From Octopus sinensis (Eukaryota), in contig NC_043010.1 of assembly GCF_006345805.1 (NCBI RefSeq), positions 62,310,001 to 62,374,000 of the forward strand: 64,000 nucleotides of DNA. The letters run 5' to 3'. The notes beneath the pieces are model-generated. The model was not told the origin of the DNA and searched no databases. It worked only from the letters and a program-made list of their open reading frames with translations. Numbering within the stretch: position 1 is the stretch's first letter; every line of letters starts with the position of its first letter. The position numbers and the translations under genes were made by a program. This document shows, one piece after another, positions 51,872 through 63,503 of the stretch.

Positions 51872-53373
51872 TCTGTAGAATTTGGTGAGGTGAGGGGAAA
51901 CAGTTTAGTTGATTGTTGTTGTTATTATTATTATTATTAATAATACCACTACTGTTGTGGTTATTTCTGTTGCTGCTGTTAAAAGAACTTTGTTTCTGGA
52001 ATATTCACAATTTTAACATGGTTAGATTAATGCTGAAGACATTTCGATATTTCCTGTGGAAAGACTTGCTTAAGGACTTGCTGTGCTCTCTGCCTCTCTC
52101 TCTCTCTCTCTCTCTCTTGCTTAAAACATATTTCAACTGAGAGATTTTTTTTCTTTTTTTATCTTTCAATACTCATCTTTGTCCCTCCCTCCAACACACA
52201 CACACACACACACACATATATTTATATATACACACACAGAAATATATGTATATATAGTTGTGTGTGTGTTATATGTATATTCACTTTAGTCTTTATCTTT
52301 TTTCACTGGTTTAATGCCTTCTGTTTTCCTTTCCACCAACCCACCTCTCTCTCCTCTCTATCTCTCTCTCTCTACTTTCTGTCTGTCTATCTTCTATCCC
52401 TCCCTCTCTTTCTTACTTTACTCTCTTACCCAATGTTATCAGATTACAAGAAAGTCTTCTCCCTTCGAAGTCCAGAAGTCTCTCTTAACAAACATGATAG
52501 TCATTCACCATGTACTGAGCATTCTAATTGTTAAACGATCATTGCAGTTAATTAACACATCTGCTCCACCTTAGACATTTACAGTGAATTTCCAGTGAGA
52601 AAACTGCCAAAGTTTATTGTCGTTGTTGTATGGTGGTGGTTGTGGTGGAGCTGTTGAAATATTGGTCAGAGAGAAAGCAGGGAGATATTAAACGGTCAAG
52701 AAGCCTGCCTTGTATTGACGAACTGTTCCATCCTGTTTAAGTAATGTTGCCGTTAGGGAGGGACAAAATGTACAAAACAAAATAGGGATAGTAAAAATAA
52801 TGATCCACAATGTGATGAGGTTTGAAAGAAGTCAGGAAAAAGAGGATACTGTCCATTCAGAAGGTTAGACAACGGGGAAGAGGAGCAGAAGAAGGAATCT
52901 TTGGTGTTTTCATTTTGGTGTCGGTATTATTATGTCTCTGTGGAACCGGAAGGAAAATGATGAGGCGACTGGAAATTTTGAAAGAGTTTTTCTTCTTGCT
53001 TTCTGTTGGAAATGGGAAGAGTGAGAGAGGGAGTGAATGAGAAAGAGAGGGAGGGAGAGAGAGAGAGGAGGAGAGAGGGGGAAGGTGGTGGAATCCTTCA
53101 TTTACTGGGTACAAATCTGGATCGGCTGAAAAGAAATAGAGAAAAAGAAAACAAAATTAAAAGATGCTAATATAAAGTATGTTATGTGAGAGAGAGAATG
53201 GTATACATGCAATAATTATAATAATCAAAACTTTAATTAAATTTTTTGCTGATTATACAAAATGATGGAACACTAATTCTCAAGAGAAAAATATTCAACT
53301 TAAAATAAAAATAAAACAATTCTTTTACCTGTTCCAGTTATTTGACTGCAGCCATGCAGGAGCACCACCTTAA

Positions 53374-54034
53374 CCCATTAAGTCCCAGAGTACTTAAATT
53401 TCTGAATATTACATCATTTACATTTGACGGATATTTGTCCTCATCTTGTTTGTTGTTAACACAACATTTCGGCTGATATACCCTCCAGCCTTCATCAGGT
53501 GTCTTGGGGAAACTTCAAACCTGGGTTCTCATTCCTAAGGTATTTTTCAATGTTATTATTATTATTCAGGTCACTGCCTGGAATTGAACTCGGAATCTTG
53601 GGGTTAATAGCCTGCGCTCTTAACCACTACGTCATATACCTGAATAATAATAATAATAAAATCGAAAACTACCTTAGGAATGAGAACCCAGGTTCGAAAT
53701 TTCCTCAAGATACCTGATGAAGGCTGGAAGGTATATCAGCCGAAATGTTGTGTTAACAACAAACAAGATGAGGACAAATATCCATCAATTGTAAATAATG
53801 CACATAATTCCTCATCTCTTAACTATAGAACTGTATTTTCTGAATATTACTTTTAAATTTTTACAGATGATTGAAAATAGGTTAAAATGAAAAAAATAAT
53901 TATTAAAACTCCTTCACTTCGAGTAGAAAAGGAAATACCTGGTGTCCTATAAATAGGACACTGAGACAATGTGACATAGCTTATTTAATGTTCTCATTTA
54001 GTGTCCTATTTATAGGACAGTGGGACTTAATGGG
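53374..54034. mobile_element. piggyBac-type MITE (third family) hosting a hammerhead element and itself inserted in a family-C SINE tail
   Basis: TTAA|CCCATTAAGTCCC...GGGACTTAATGGG|TTAA (13-bp TIR); internal palindromes GTGTCCTAT-NN-ATAGGACA at 53942-53961 and 54001-54020. Confidence 0.85.
53412..53836. mobile_element. Hammerhead-bearing tRNA-headed element (copy 2), inverted dimer with 14-bp TSD
   Basis: TTTCTGAATATTAC at 53398-53411 and 53837-53850; motifs at 53458-53503 (-) and 53709-53754 (+); tRNA-like head at about 53565-53638 (-). Confidence 0.85.
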
Positions 54035-55061
54035 TTAAGGGGTTTTAGTCAAAGAACTCGACCCCAGGATTTATTCCTTGTAAGCCTGGTACTTATTCTG
54101 TCAGTGTCTTTTGCCAAACTGCTAAGTTATGGGGCCATGAACACATCAACATCGATTGTCAAGCGATGATGGGGAGACAAACACAGACACACACATATAT
54201 ATGTATGTACATACGACAGGCTTCTTTCAGTTTCTGCCTACCAAATCCACTCATAAGTCTTTGGTCAGCCTGAGGCTACAGTAGAAGACACTTGCCCGAG
54301 GTGCCACTCAGTGGGACTGAACTCAGAACCTTGTGGTTGGTAAGCAAGCTTCTTACCACACAGCCATGCCTGTACCAATATTCAAAATATTTAAAAAAAA
54401 GAAACCCTGAAAAATTATTCTGTGTTGATTTTTATACAATGGAAGTTCACACACAGTGTGTGTGTGTGTGTATCATCATCATCACTGAATGTCCGTTTTC
54501 CATGCTGGCATGGGTTGGACGGTTTGACAAGAGCTGCCTGGGCTCCATGTCTGTTTTGGCCTGGTTTCTATAGCCAGATGATCTCCCTAACAAGCAAACA
54601 GTTTACAGAGTGTACATTTTATGTGGCACCAACATTGGTACATCTTATGTGGCCTTAGCACTATTTGACCGTCAGAGTTGGAAGGGAGTCAGATAAATGG
54701 CAGCTGCTTATGTTGTGAGTTCAAATGGATCGGTGGATTAACAGAATCAGTAGAGTGCTGGACAAAAGGCTTTGTAGTCAAATTTACCCTTCGTCCCTCC
54801 AGGGCCAATAAAACAAAGTACCAGTGAGATGCCAGGGATGTTAGTAACAATTACATATTTTACTTGCTGGGTCTGAGGAAAGGGACAATACTTAGGACCC
54901 TTGCAGGCCCTTCAAGACTGGTGAGCATGATGCTGTTAAGCATCTGTTAAACTGCTGCAGACCTTCACTGACCATCTAAGACCAATGGGTTTAACGCCAT
55001 TAAGGTTCTGTTACATGTGAACAACTGCAGGAAAGGATAAGAGCAAGAAGATTCCAGAAGG

Positions 55062-55293
55062 TGGTGAGCTGGCAGAAACGTTAGCACACCGGGAGAAATG
55101 CTTAGTGGAATTTCATCTGCCGTTATGTTCTGAGTTCAAATTCTGCCAAGGTCGACTTTGCCTTTCATCCTTTCGGAGTCGATAAATTAAGCACCAGTTA
55201 CGCACTGGGGTCAATGTAATCGACTTAATCCCTTTGTCTGTCTGTCCTTGTTTGTCCCCTCTATGTTTAGCCCCTTGTGAGAAATAAAGAAAT
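55062..55293 (+). mobile_element. Family-M SINE, tail type C, with long TSD
   Basis: AAGAAGATTCCAGAAGGT at 55045-55062 and 55294-55311; the left copy overlaps the SINE start. Confidence 0.88.
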
Positions 55294-56450
55294 AAGAAGA
55301 TTCCAGAAGGTTGATGTTGTGGGGAGAAAGGATTGTATGTAGTGGGTCAGATGGAGGTGGGGTTGACTGCCCAAGTGATGGGGGTGCAACACCAGCCAGT
55401 TTTTACATTGTGAAAGTGAAATAATTTTGGGTGTAATTTCTCCCACCCATCACTCCTGTTACAACCAGAAAAATCTTCCAACTTTTAATTTATGAACAAG
55501 CATCATCAACATTATCATCATCACCATCGGTTTAAAGACTACTTTTTCATGCTTGCATAGGTCAGAGAGGAGAGATGTGTTGAGGCACAGTTTTACTACA
55601 GCCAGCTGCCCTTCCTGACCCCAATCCCCCACCCATTTGCAAACAAGGTAATAATCTCCCATCTGTTGACCAACAGCATGGAAATGCAAACATGAGGAAA
55701 TGGAAACAAACAATCCAGGACAAATGGACCTTTTGTTTACAACCGACAAACACAACTGAAGACGGAACTACAAACTCATTCACATAAACACACATCTATA
55801 CACGTACACACACTTTCTTTCACTTGTTTCAGTCATTTGAGTACGGCCTAGCATACTTATTTGATGGGTCTCTTTTGCCCAACTGCTAAGTTACAGGGAT
55901 GTGAACACACCAACACTGACTGTCAAGCAGTGTGGGGGACAAACACACAAACACATACAAATACACAAAGAGCTTCTTTCAGTTTCCGTCTACCAAATCA
56001 TTCACAAGGCTTTGTTCTTACACACTTGTCTTTTGTTTTTAAAGACAGCCAGTTATGATATGTGCGAGATTTGGCTGCTGTTTCTAGCAAGATGTTTTAT
56101 TCACCATTTTGCTTTTGTTGGCCAAAACTAGTTTCTTTCAATTCTATTTCTGTTTTTTTTTTATTCTCAATCAATAGTTGGTTCAAACCCAACAATCAAC
56201 CTTCGAAAGGTTCTGTGAGCTTAAATTCACAGCTTCATCCACCATAATACTTTTAACATCCGCTTTTCTATGCTTCTATGCTAATCAAGGCAGGGTCTCA
56301 ATGGCCCCTTGCCCTTCCTGTTGCCAGCTCCTCACTGTTTCCAAGCAACTTTATATTTCTCCCATAATCCTTTCAACACAAACAGTTCTAAGTCCAGATG
56401 TTTTCCACAAAAAAAAAACTGCAGACAAATGGTATCGTCTTGGTATAAAT

Positions 56451-57091
56451 CAGTGGTTCCCAAACTTTTTGGGGCTGCCACCCCCTTGACACCCAGACCA
56501 CATTCCTCGTGTCCCACCCCCAACTAACCACACACAAACACTTTCTGAAGCAAATTCAAAGCAGTTATATTTCACAAATAAATCATCATCATTGTTCGAC
56601 TGTGGTCGAGACAATGGAATTTACCATGCTACGCCAGACTTCACGGTCCATCATGGCATTACGGAGGTCCCGTTGCTGGATGCCTGTATCCCTGGAGATT
56701 ATATCAGGGTAGGAGAGTGTGCGCCCTCTGGTATTGCGAGTAGATGGCTTCCAGAGGAGAAGAGTAGAAATTACCTCTTTTTCAGCTCTACAACAATGTC
56801 CAGCAAACTGGACTCTTCTACCTTTCACAAGAGATGACACAGGTGGTAGTTTCCCATATATTTGCATTTTGGTTGGATGGCGCTTCCACGAGAGATTTTG
56901 AGCTCTCATAAGGAGGCGAGTGTAGGAAGCTAACAAATCCATTATTTTGTTGTTTTTACATGAATCGCTACCCCATTAGCACCCCACTTTTTATATGAAT
57001 CACTACCCTATTATTGCCTCACTTTTCAATGGCCCCTTGGAAACTTCCACCACTCCCAGGGGATTGATACTGCCCACTTTGAGAACCACGG
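56451..57091. mobile_element. hAT-type MITE interrupted by a LINE 3' end
   Basis: CAGTGGTTCCCAAA / TTTGAGAACCACGG termini; 8-bp flanks GTATAAAT / GTATACAT (7 of 8 match). Confidence 0.7.
56580..56945 (-). mobile_element. 5'-truncated RTE-like LINE 3' end: open ORF terminus plus (GAT)n tail
   Basis: ORF RRVQFAGHCCRA...AMMDREVWRSMV (RTE-type R-x-x-x-x-GH and DRxxWR motifs), with the stop followed directly by (TGA)n. Confidence 0.75.
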
Positions 57092-57811
57092 GTATACATG
57101 GTGACTTTGTTTACAATCAACGAGTAAATGTGAAGATAATGAGATGCAAATACACACACACACACACACTCACGTACCTCTCCCTCACAACAGGCTTCTT
57201 TACAATATATGTCTATCAACTTCATTCTTGGTCAAGCGAGAGCTTTAATAGAAGCCATTTATCCAAGGTGCCACACACTGAGATTGAACTTAAAACAACA
57301 CAGATGCAAAACAAACCTAATCACACAGCCATGACTGAAGATTAACACCTGGCGCTCCGCCGGTTACGACAATGAGGGTTCTGGTTGATCCAATCAATCG
57401 AACAGTCTACTCATAATATTTATGTGCAAGTGGCTGAGAGCTCCACAGACACATGTACCTTCCAAGTAGTTCTCAAGCAAGTTTAACTTGATACAGAATG
57501 TGACAAGGCTGTCCCCTTTGAATCACAGGTACAACTCAGCTTTGCCAGCCGAGTGGACTGAGGCAATGAGAAATAAAGTATCTTGCTCAAGGATAGAATG
57601 CAGTGCCAGGAATTGAACTCACAACCTCACAATCATGAGCCCAAACCCCTAACCACTAAGCTATGCACTTTCGCAACTGGAGATTAAAACACGTGGACAT
57701 CCTCCTCCTCATCATGTTTACATCTCCTTCATCAGCTGGTGTGGGTTGGATAGGTCTGTTTTAACATGAAAGAAATAGCAGTCACATTTGCCTCCAGCCA
57801 CATTCTAGGTT

Positions 57812-58260
57812 ATACAGTTCTATGTTTAAGAGATGAGCAATTATGTACATTATTGACATTTGACGGATATTTGTCATCATTTTGTTTGTTGTTAACATAA
57901 TGTTTCGGCTGATATCCTCGCCAGCCTTCATCAGGTGTCTTGGGGGAAATTTCAAACCTGGGTTCTCATTCCTAAGATATTTTTCGATCTTATAATTATT
58001 ATTACTATTATTCAGGTGACTGCCTGGAATCAAACTCGGAATCTTGGGGTTAGTAGCCTGAGCTCTTAACCACTATGCCATATAATAATAATATGCCCGT
58101 AATAATAATAATAACTTTCAAAAATACTTTAGGAATGAGAACCCAGGTTCGAAATTTCCCCAAGACACCTGATGAAGGCTGGAGGGTGTATCAGCCAAAA
58201 CATTGTGTTGACAACAAACAAGATGAGGACAAATATCCGTCAAATGTAAATAATGTGCAT
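57812..58260. mobile_element. Hammerhead-bearing tRNA-headed element (copy 3), inverted dimer with 10-bp TSD
   Basis: ATTCTAGGTT at 57802-57811 and 58261-58270; full minus arm with head; headless plus arm whose motif has GAAAC changed to AAAAC. Confidence 0.85.
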
Positions 58261-58757
58261 ATTCTAGGTTGTTGTGACCTGGAGAAGCCTTCAGCTGAAA
58301 ACATGAAGGGACGGTCATCTGTTGAATAACCTTACATCATAGGCCTGCTTGGTCAGTGCTGGCCAAGCGCTAAACAACAACAACAATTCTTCCTACTGTA
58401 GGCACAAGGCCTGAAATTCAAGGGGAGGGGGTAAGTCGATTACACCAACCCCAGTACTCGACCGGTACTTTTTTCATCAACCCCGAAAGGAAGAAAGGCA
58501 AAGTCGACCTCGGTGCAATTTGAACTCAGAATGTAAGAACAGACGAAATGCCACTAAGCATTTTACCTGGCATATTAACAATTCTGCCAGTTTGCCACCA
58601 TAACAGTAATAATATAATAATAATAATAATAATTCCCTGTATTTATTTACTTCTGTGTGAGTCTGAGGTGGTCAGGTCAACCCTCCTCCCTCCACCACAG
58701 AAGCTGACCAATGATACAACAGCAGTGACACAGATATGTAACAAGTCAAGAAAGGTC

Positions 58758-58795
<38 letters not shown>

Positions 58796-59609
58796 CAACT
58801 GCATGAAATGATGCTGGTGGCGAGAGAGCTCTGGCTAAACAAAGTTTATGACTCAACTTCAGTGCTTTTATATACTAATGTAACTACAAAGACGTGTGCG
58901 TACGTGTCCAGGGTCAAATTTAAACCCTTTTGTTACCATGGTGCTGTTGAAATGCAATGACTTCGTTTCAATTTATTTTACAATTAATAAAGAATTCAGT
59001 AAAATAATCTGGTCTTTTGAACATAAATAAACATGAAATTTCAATGAGATCACTTTAACCCTTCTGTTACCATATCTCTGTTTAAATGCAGTCTTTGTTA
59101 GAATTAATTTTGAATATAGTGAAGAATTTATTCCAATAACCATGTCATTATAAAGTTGGTGTTTAGAACACAAATTAGAATGAAATTTTGATGGAAAGCT
59201 TTTGTTTAAATCCAGGAAGCTTGTATTACAGAAGCTGGAGCAATGCCAAGTGGGTTGGCATCAAAAGAGTTAGAGAAGGTTATGAGTGAACAAAGTCCCT
59301 TGGAGAGGGCCCATGATTTTGTGTTCCTACAGAGAGAGAGAAGGAAGGAAAGGGAGAAAAAGGAAGATGAGGAGAGAGTGAAATAGAAGCTGCTCTCTCT
59401 CTCTCTCTCTGTAGAACAAATGAAGTAGACACATCTGAAGAGCTGGCAACAACCAGGTGAAACTAGTCAAGTACCAAATACCACGGGAAAGGTATTGTGG
59501 AAAAAAGCTCTCAGTGTTACCCAGTGAAATGATGTGGGATTGGGAGGTTGTGGAGCAAACTTCTTAACCAGACAGCTATGTCTACAACAATATAATAATA
59601 ATAATAAAA

Positions 59610-60450
59610 ATGGCTTCAAATTTTGGAGCAAGGGGAAGGGGACCAGTTGATTACATTGACCCCAGTATGCAACTGGTACTTAATTTATCAACCCCAAAAG
59701 GATGAAAGGCAAAGTCGACCTCGACAGAATTTGAACACAGAACATAAAGATGAATGAAATACTGTTGAACATTTTGCCCAGTGTGCTAACGATTCTGCCA
59801 GCTTGCCACCATAATAGTAATAACAACAACAACAACAATAATAATAAATGATGGTTTCAAAATTTGGCACATGGCCAGCAATTTTTGGGGAAAGAGTAAG
59901 TCAGTTACATCGACCCCAGTGTTCAACTGTTAGTTATTTTATCGACCCCTGAAAGGATGAAGAGCAAAGACAACCTCAACAGCATTTAGAACATATCATA
60001 ACAACAACAATAATAATAATAATAATAATTCTTTCTACTATAGGCACAAGGCCTGAAATTTGTGGGGAGGGAGTTACTTGATTACATTGACCCCCAGGGT
60101 TTCACTGGTACTTAATTTATCAATCTTGAAAGTATGGAAGGCAAAGTTGACCTCAGCAGAATTTGAACTCAGATGAACTCGGATGGATGAAAATACCGCT
60201 AAGCATTCTGCCTGCCAGATTGTTGCAATAATAATAATAATCCTTTGTACTAAAGGCACAAGGCCTGACAATTTGGGAATGGGACTAGTTGATTTCATCG
60301 GCCCATGTTTCACTGGTATTTAATTTATGGACCCCGAAAGGATGAAAGGCAAAGTCGGCTTCAACAGAATTTGAACTCAGAACGTAAAGACAGATGAAAT
60401 AGTGCTAAGCATTTTGAACAACATGCTAATTATTCTGCTAGCTCACCACC

Positions 60451-60485
<35 letters not shown>

Positions 60486-60695
60486 CCTTTCTACTGTAGG
60501 CACAAGGCCGGAAATTTTGTGGGGAGGGATAAGTTGATTACATTGATCCCAGTACGTAACTGGTACTTAATTGAGCCTGAAAGGATGAAAGAAAAAGCTG
60601 ACTGCATGAAATTTGAACTCAGAATGTCAAAACATGTGAAATACCACAAGGCATTTTGCTCAGTAAGCTAAAGATTTTGCCAGCTCACTACCTTC

Positions 60696-60742
<47 letters not shown>

Positions 60743-61300
60743 TGATGAGGATTTCAAATTTTGGCACAAGGCCAGCAGTTCTGGGAAGTAAGTCAATTGG
60801 ATCAACCCCTAGTGTTAAACTGGTACTTATTTTATTGACCCTAAAACAGAATGAAAGGAAAAGTCAATCTCGGCAGAATTTGAACTCAAAACGTAGCAAC
60901 AGATGAAATACTAAGCATTTTGCCTGGTGTGCTAACGACTCTGCCAGCTCACTGCCTTAATAATGATGATAATAATAACAAAATAATAATAATAATAATA
61001 ATAATAATGATAATCCTTTCTACTATAGGCACAAGGCCTGAAAATTTTGGGGAGGGGGCCGGTCGATTAGATTGACCCAGTATGCAACTGGTACTTAATT
61101 TATCAACCCCAAAAGGATGAAAGGCAAAGTTGACCTTGGCGGAATTCGAACTCAGAACGTAAAACAGACGAAATACCGCCAAGCATTTTGCCCGGTGTGC
61201 TAATTTTTCTGCCAGCTCGCCACCTGGTTAAAAATTTTAGCACACAGCCAGCAAGTTTGGATGAGGGAATAAGTTGATTATATCGACACCAGCACTCAAC
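59610..61300 (-). repeat. Head-to-tail array of about 8 family-M SINEs separated by (AAT)n
   Basis: Copies start at about 59610, 59850, 60030, 60240, 60483, 60750, 61013 and 61233, all on the minus strand, with tails A and B mixed. Confidence 0.85.
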
Positions 61301-61780
61301 TGGTACTTATAGATCTTTGTAATTTAGTGAAACACTAAGTGGATTGCATAAAAGTTACAAAGAGAGAGAGAGACCGGGGGTGGAGCTGTAGCTGCTAATG
61401 AACCTTTGTGAAGCAGAACAAGATAGCCACAGGGAAATTTGAATCCTGAATAAATACTACATGGCATTCTTAGGGTTCCTCCAATTCACTGCCCCAAATT
61501 GGTCCCTTTTTTTATTGGCTCTGGCAAAGGATGAAAGACAAAGTCGACCTTCGTGGGATTTGAACTCAAAGCACTAACAACTGGATCAAATGCACCACCT
61601 GTAGAAGACTTGCATATTTAAAATCACAAATATGGGAGACTCACATGTTTAAAATCAAAAGTATGGAATACTTGCACACATCAAAACACTCATTGCTTAA
61701 AGCAGTTAGCATCTTTATGTTATTCAATTCCAACAGAATTTTCTATCTTCTATGTCAACAAGTTTACATTTGTATGTATA

Positions 61781-61858
<78 letters not shown>

Positions 61859-61865
61859 ACATATA

Positions 61866-62274
61866 GGTGCAGGAGTGGCTGTGTGGTAAGTAGCTTGCTT
61901 ACCAACCACATGGTTCCGGGTTCAGTCCCACTGTGTGGCACCTTCGGCAAGTGTCTTCTACTGTAGCCTCGGGCCGACCAAAGCCTTGTGAGTGGATTTG
62001 GTAGACGGAAACTGAAAGAAGCATGTCATGTATGTGTGTATGTATATATATATACATATATGTATGTGTGTGTCTGTGTTTGTCCCCTCTAACATGGCTT
62101 GACAACTGATGATGGTATGTTTACGTCCCTGTAACATAGCGGTTCGGCAAAAGAGACCAATAGAATAAGTACCAGGTTTACAAAGAATAAGTCCTGGGGT
62201 TGGTTTGCTCGACTAAAGGCAGTGCTCCAGCATGGCCACAGTCAAATGACTGAAACAAGTAAAAGAGTAAAGAG
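61866..62274 (+). mobile_element. Full-length family-C SINE (tRNA head, CORE-like block, microsatellite, 3' module)
   Basis: GGTGCAGGAGTGGCTGTGTGGTAAG...GGCAAGTGTCTTCT...(TA/TG)n...CCAGCATGGCCACAGTCAAATGACTGAAACAAGTAAAAGAG; about 10 whole or partial copies in the window. Confidence 0.85.
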
Positions 62275-62472
62275 TATACACATTTATATATATATATGTA
62301 AATACATCATCTGCATCCTCATTTAACGCCTGCTTCCCAGGCTGGCATGGGTTGGATGATTTGACAGTCAGAAGACTGTAACAAGCTCTATTGCCTGCTG
62401 TGGCATGGTTTCTACAGCTGGACGCTCTTACACACACACACACACACACAAATCACCAACAACATCATTTAA

Positions 62473-62648
62473 TGTCCTTATATTTTCGAACAAGGGAATC
62501 TAGCACCCCAATTCAGCTCAAAACAACATCGTGATTTCTGGGTTATTTCTCTTCAGAAAAATTATTTGGCTAGAGGTGGCGCTGCCAAATTCCCGTTTGA
62601 AATATATTGTTTTTGAGCTAGATTCCCTTGTTCGAAAATATAAGGACA
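62473..62648. mobile_element. MITE-like element with perfect 32-bp inverted repeats
   Basis: TGTCCTTATATTTTCGAACAAGGGAATCTAGC at 62473-62504 and its exact reverse complement at 62617-62648; no clear TSD. Confidence 0.65.
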
Positions 62649-63164
62649 AAGATCGTGTCGTATAGCCAGCTGGAGACGATGTCTCCTAGGGCTAAATTAC
62701 AGCAACATTCGTCCTAAACCAGGACTGCCATGTTATGTTGGCAAACAATCTTTACTCCAAAGTACTGTTGCTGAATATCTCTTGTTGTGAGATTTTAAAA
62801 AAACTAGTAATTTTCTAACATCATTTAGCATCCAACTTCCTTGATAAAATGGGTTGAATAACCTCGCAGCATCTAACACACCCGAAGACTGCATCATTTG
62901 CAGTGTCTGCTTTGGCATAGATTCTGCTGCTGGATGCCTTTCAGGACATCAACCACTTCACAGTGTTTACTGAGAGCATTTGTTTTTTGTTTTTGTGGAT
63001 CTCATGAAGTTGCCATGCAGCTTGCAAAACTAAACATTCCTTTCAATTACTGAAGAAAGGAAAGGGATTTGATGTTGTAGGACAAGTGTTCAACCCTTTA
63101 GCATTTAAACTGGCAACATTCGGCCCTAATGTTTTATTTGATTTATGTTCAAACTGACCAAATC

Positions 63165-63503
63165 TATTATTTACATTTGACGGATATTTGTCCTCATCTT
63201 GTTTGTTGTTAACACAACGTTTCGGCTGATATACCCTCCAGCCTTCATCAGGTGTCTTGGGGAAATTTCGAACCTGGGTTCTCATTCTTAAGGTATTTTA
63301 TTGATGTTATTATTATTGTTATTATAGCATTGAAAAATACCTTAGGAATGAGAACCCAGGTTCGAAATTTCCCCAAGACACCTGATGAAGGCTGGAGGGT
63401 ATATCAGCCGAAATGTTGTGTTAACAACAAACAAGATGAGGACAAATGTCCGTCAAATGTAAATAATGTAAATAATTCCTTATCTCTTAAATATAGAACT
63501 GTA
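63165..63503. mobile_element. Hammerhead-bearing element (copy 4), headless inverted dimer with 10-bp TSD
   Basis: TGACCAAATC at 63155-63164 and TGACCAGATC at 63504-63513; arms of about 133 bp pair almost perfectly. Confidence 0.88.
63211..63256 (-). ncRNA. Minimal type I hammerhead ribozyme motif (Penelope-type), consensus-intact copy
   Basis: GACAC-CUGAUGA-A-GGCUG-(10 nt)-CAGCC-GAAAC-GUU-GUGUU: stem I GACAC/GUGUU, stem II GGCUG/CAGCC, palindromic AACGUU stem III. Activity untested. Confidence 0.7.

Noticed and set aside
50078-51878. Plus-strand ORFs with polyC/polyL/polyV overlapping ZNF-C (and similar ORFs overlapping ZNF-A and ZNF-B)
   Set aside because: Antisense or off-frame shadows of ZF and polyQ codons; no independent domain content.
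53458-58209. Both arms of copy 2 share GAAATGTT and both arms of copy 3 share ACATT, suggesting arm-to-arm copying
   Set aside because: Both changes are CpG transitions at one hypermutable site, and the arms of copy 4 differ there; independent decay is sufficient.
59610-61300. CRISPR-like array
   Set aside because: Eukaryotic context; units are ~200-bp SINEs separated by (AAT)n, not short repeats with unique spacers.
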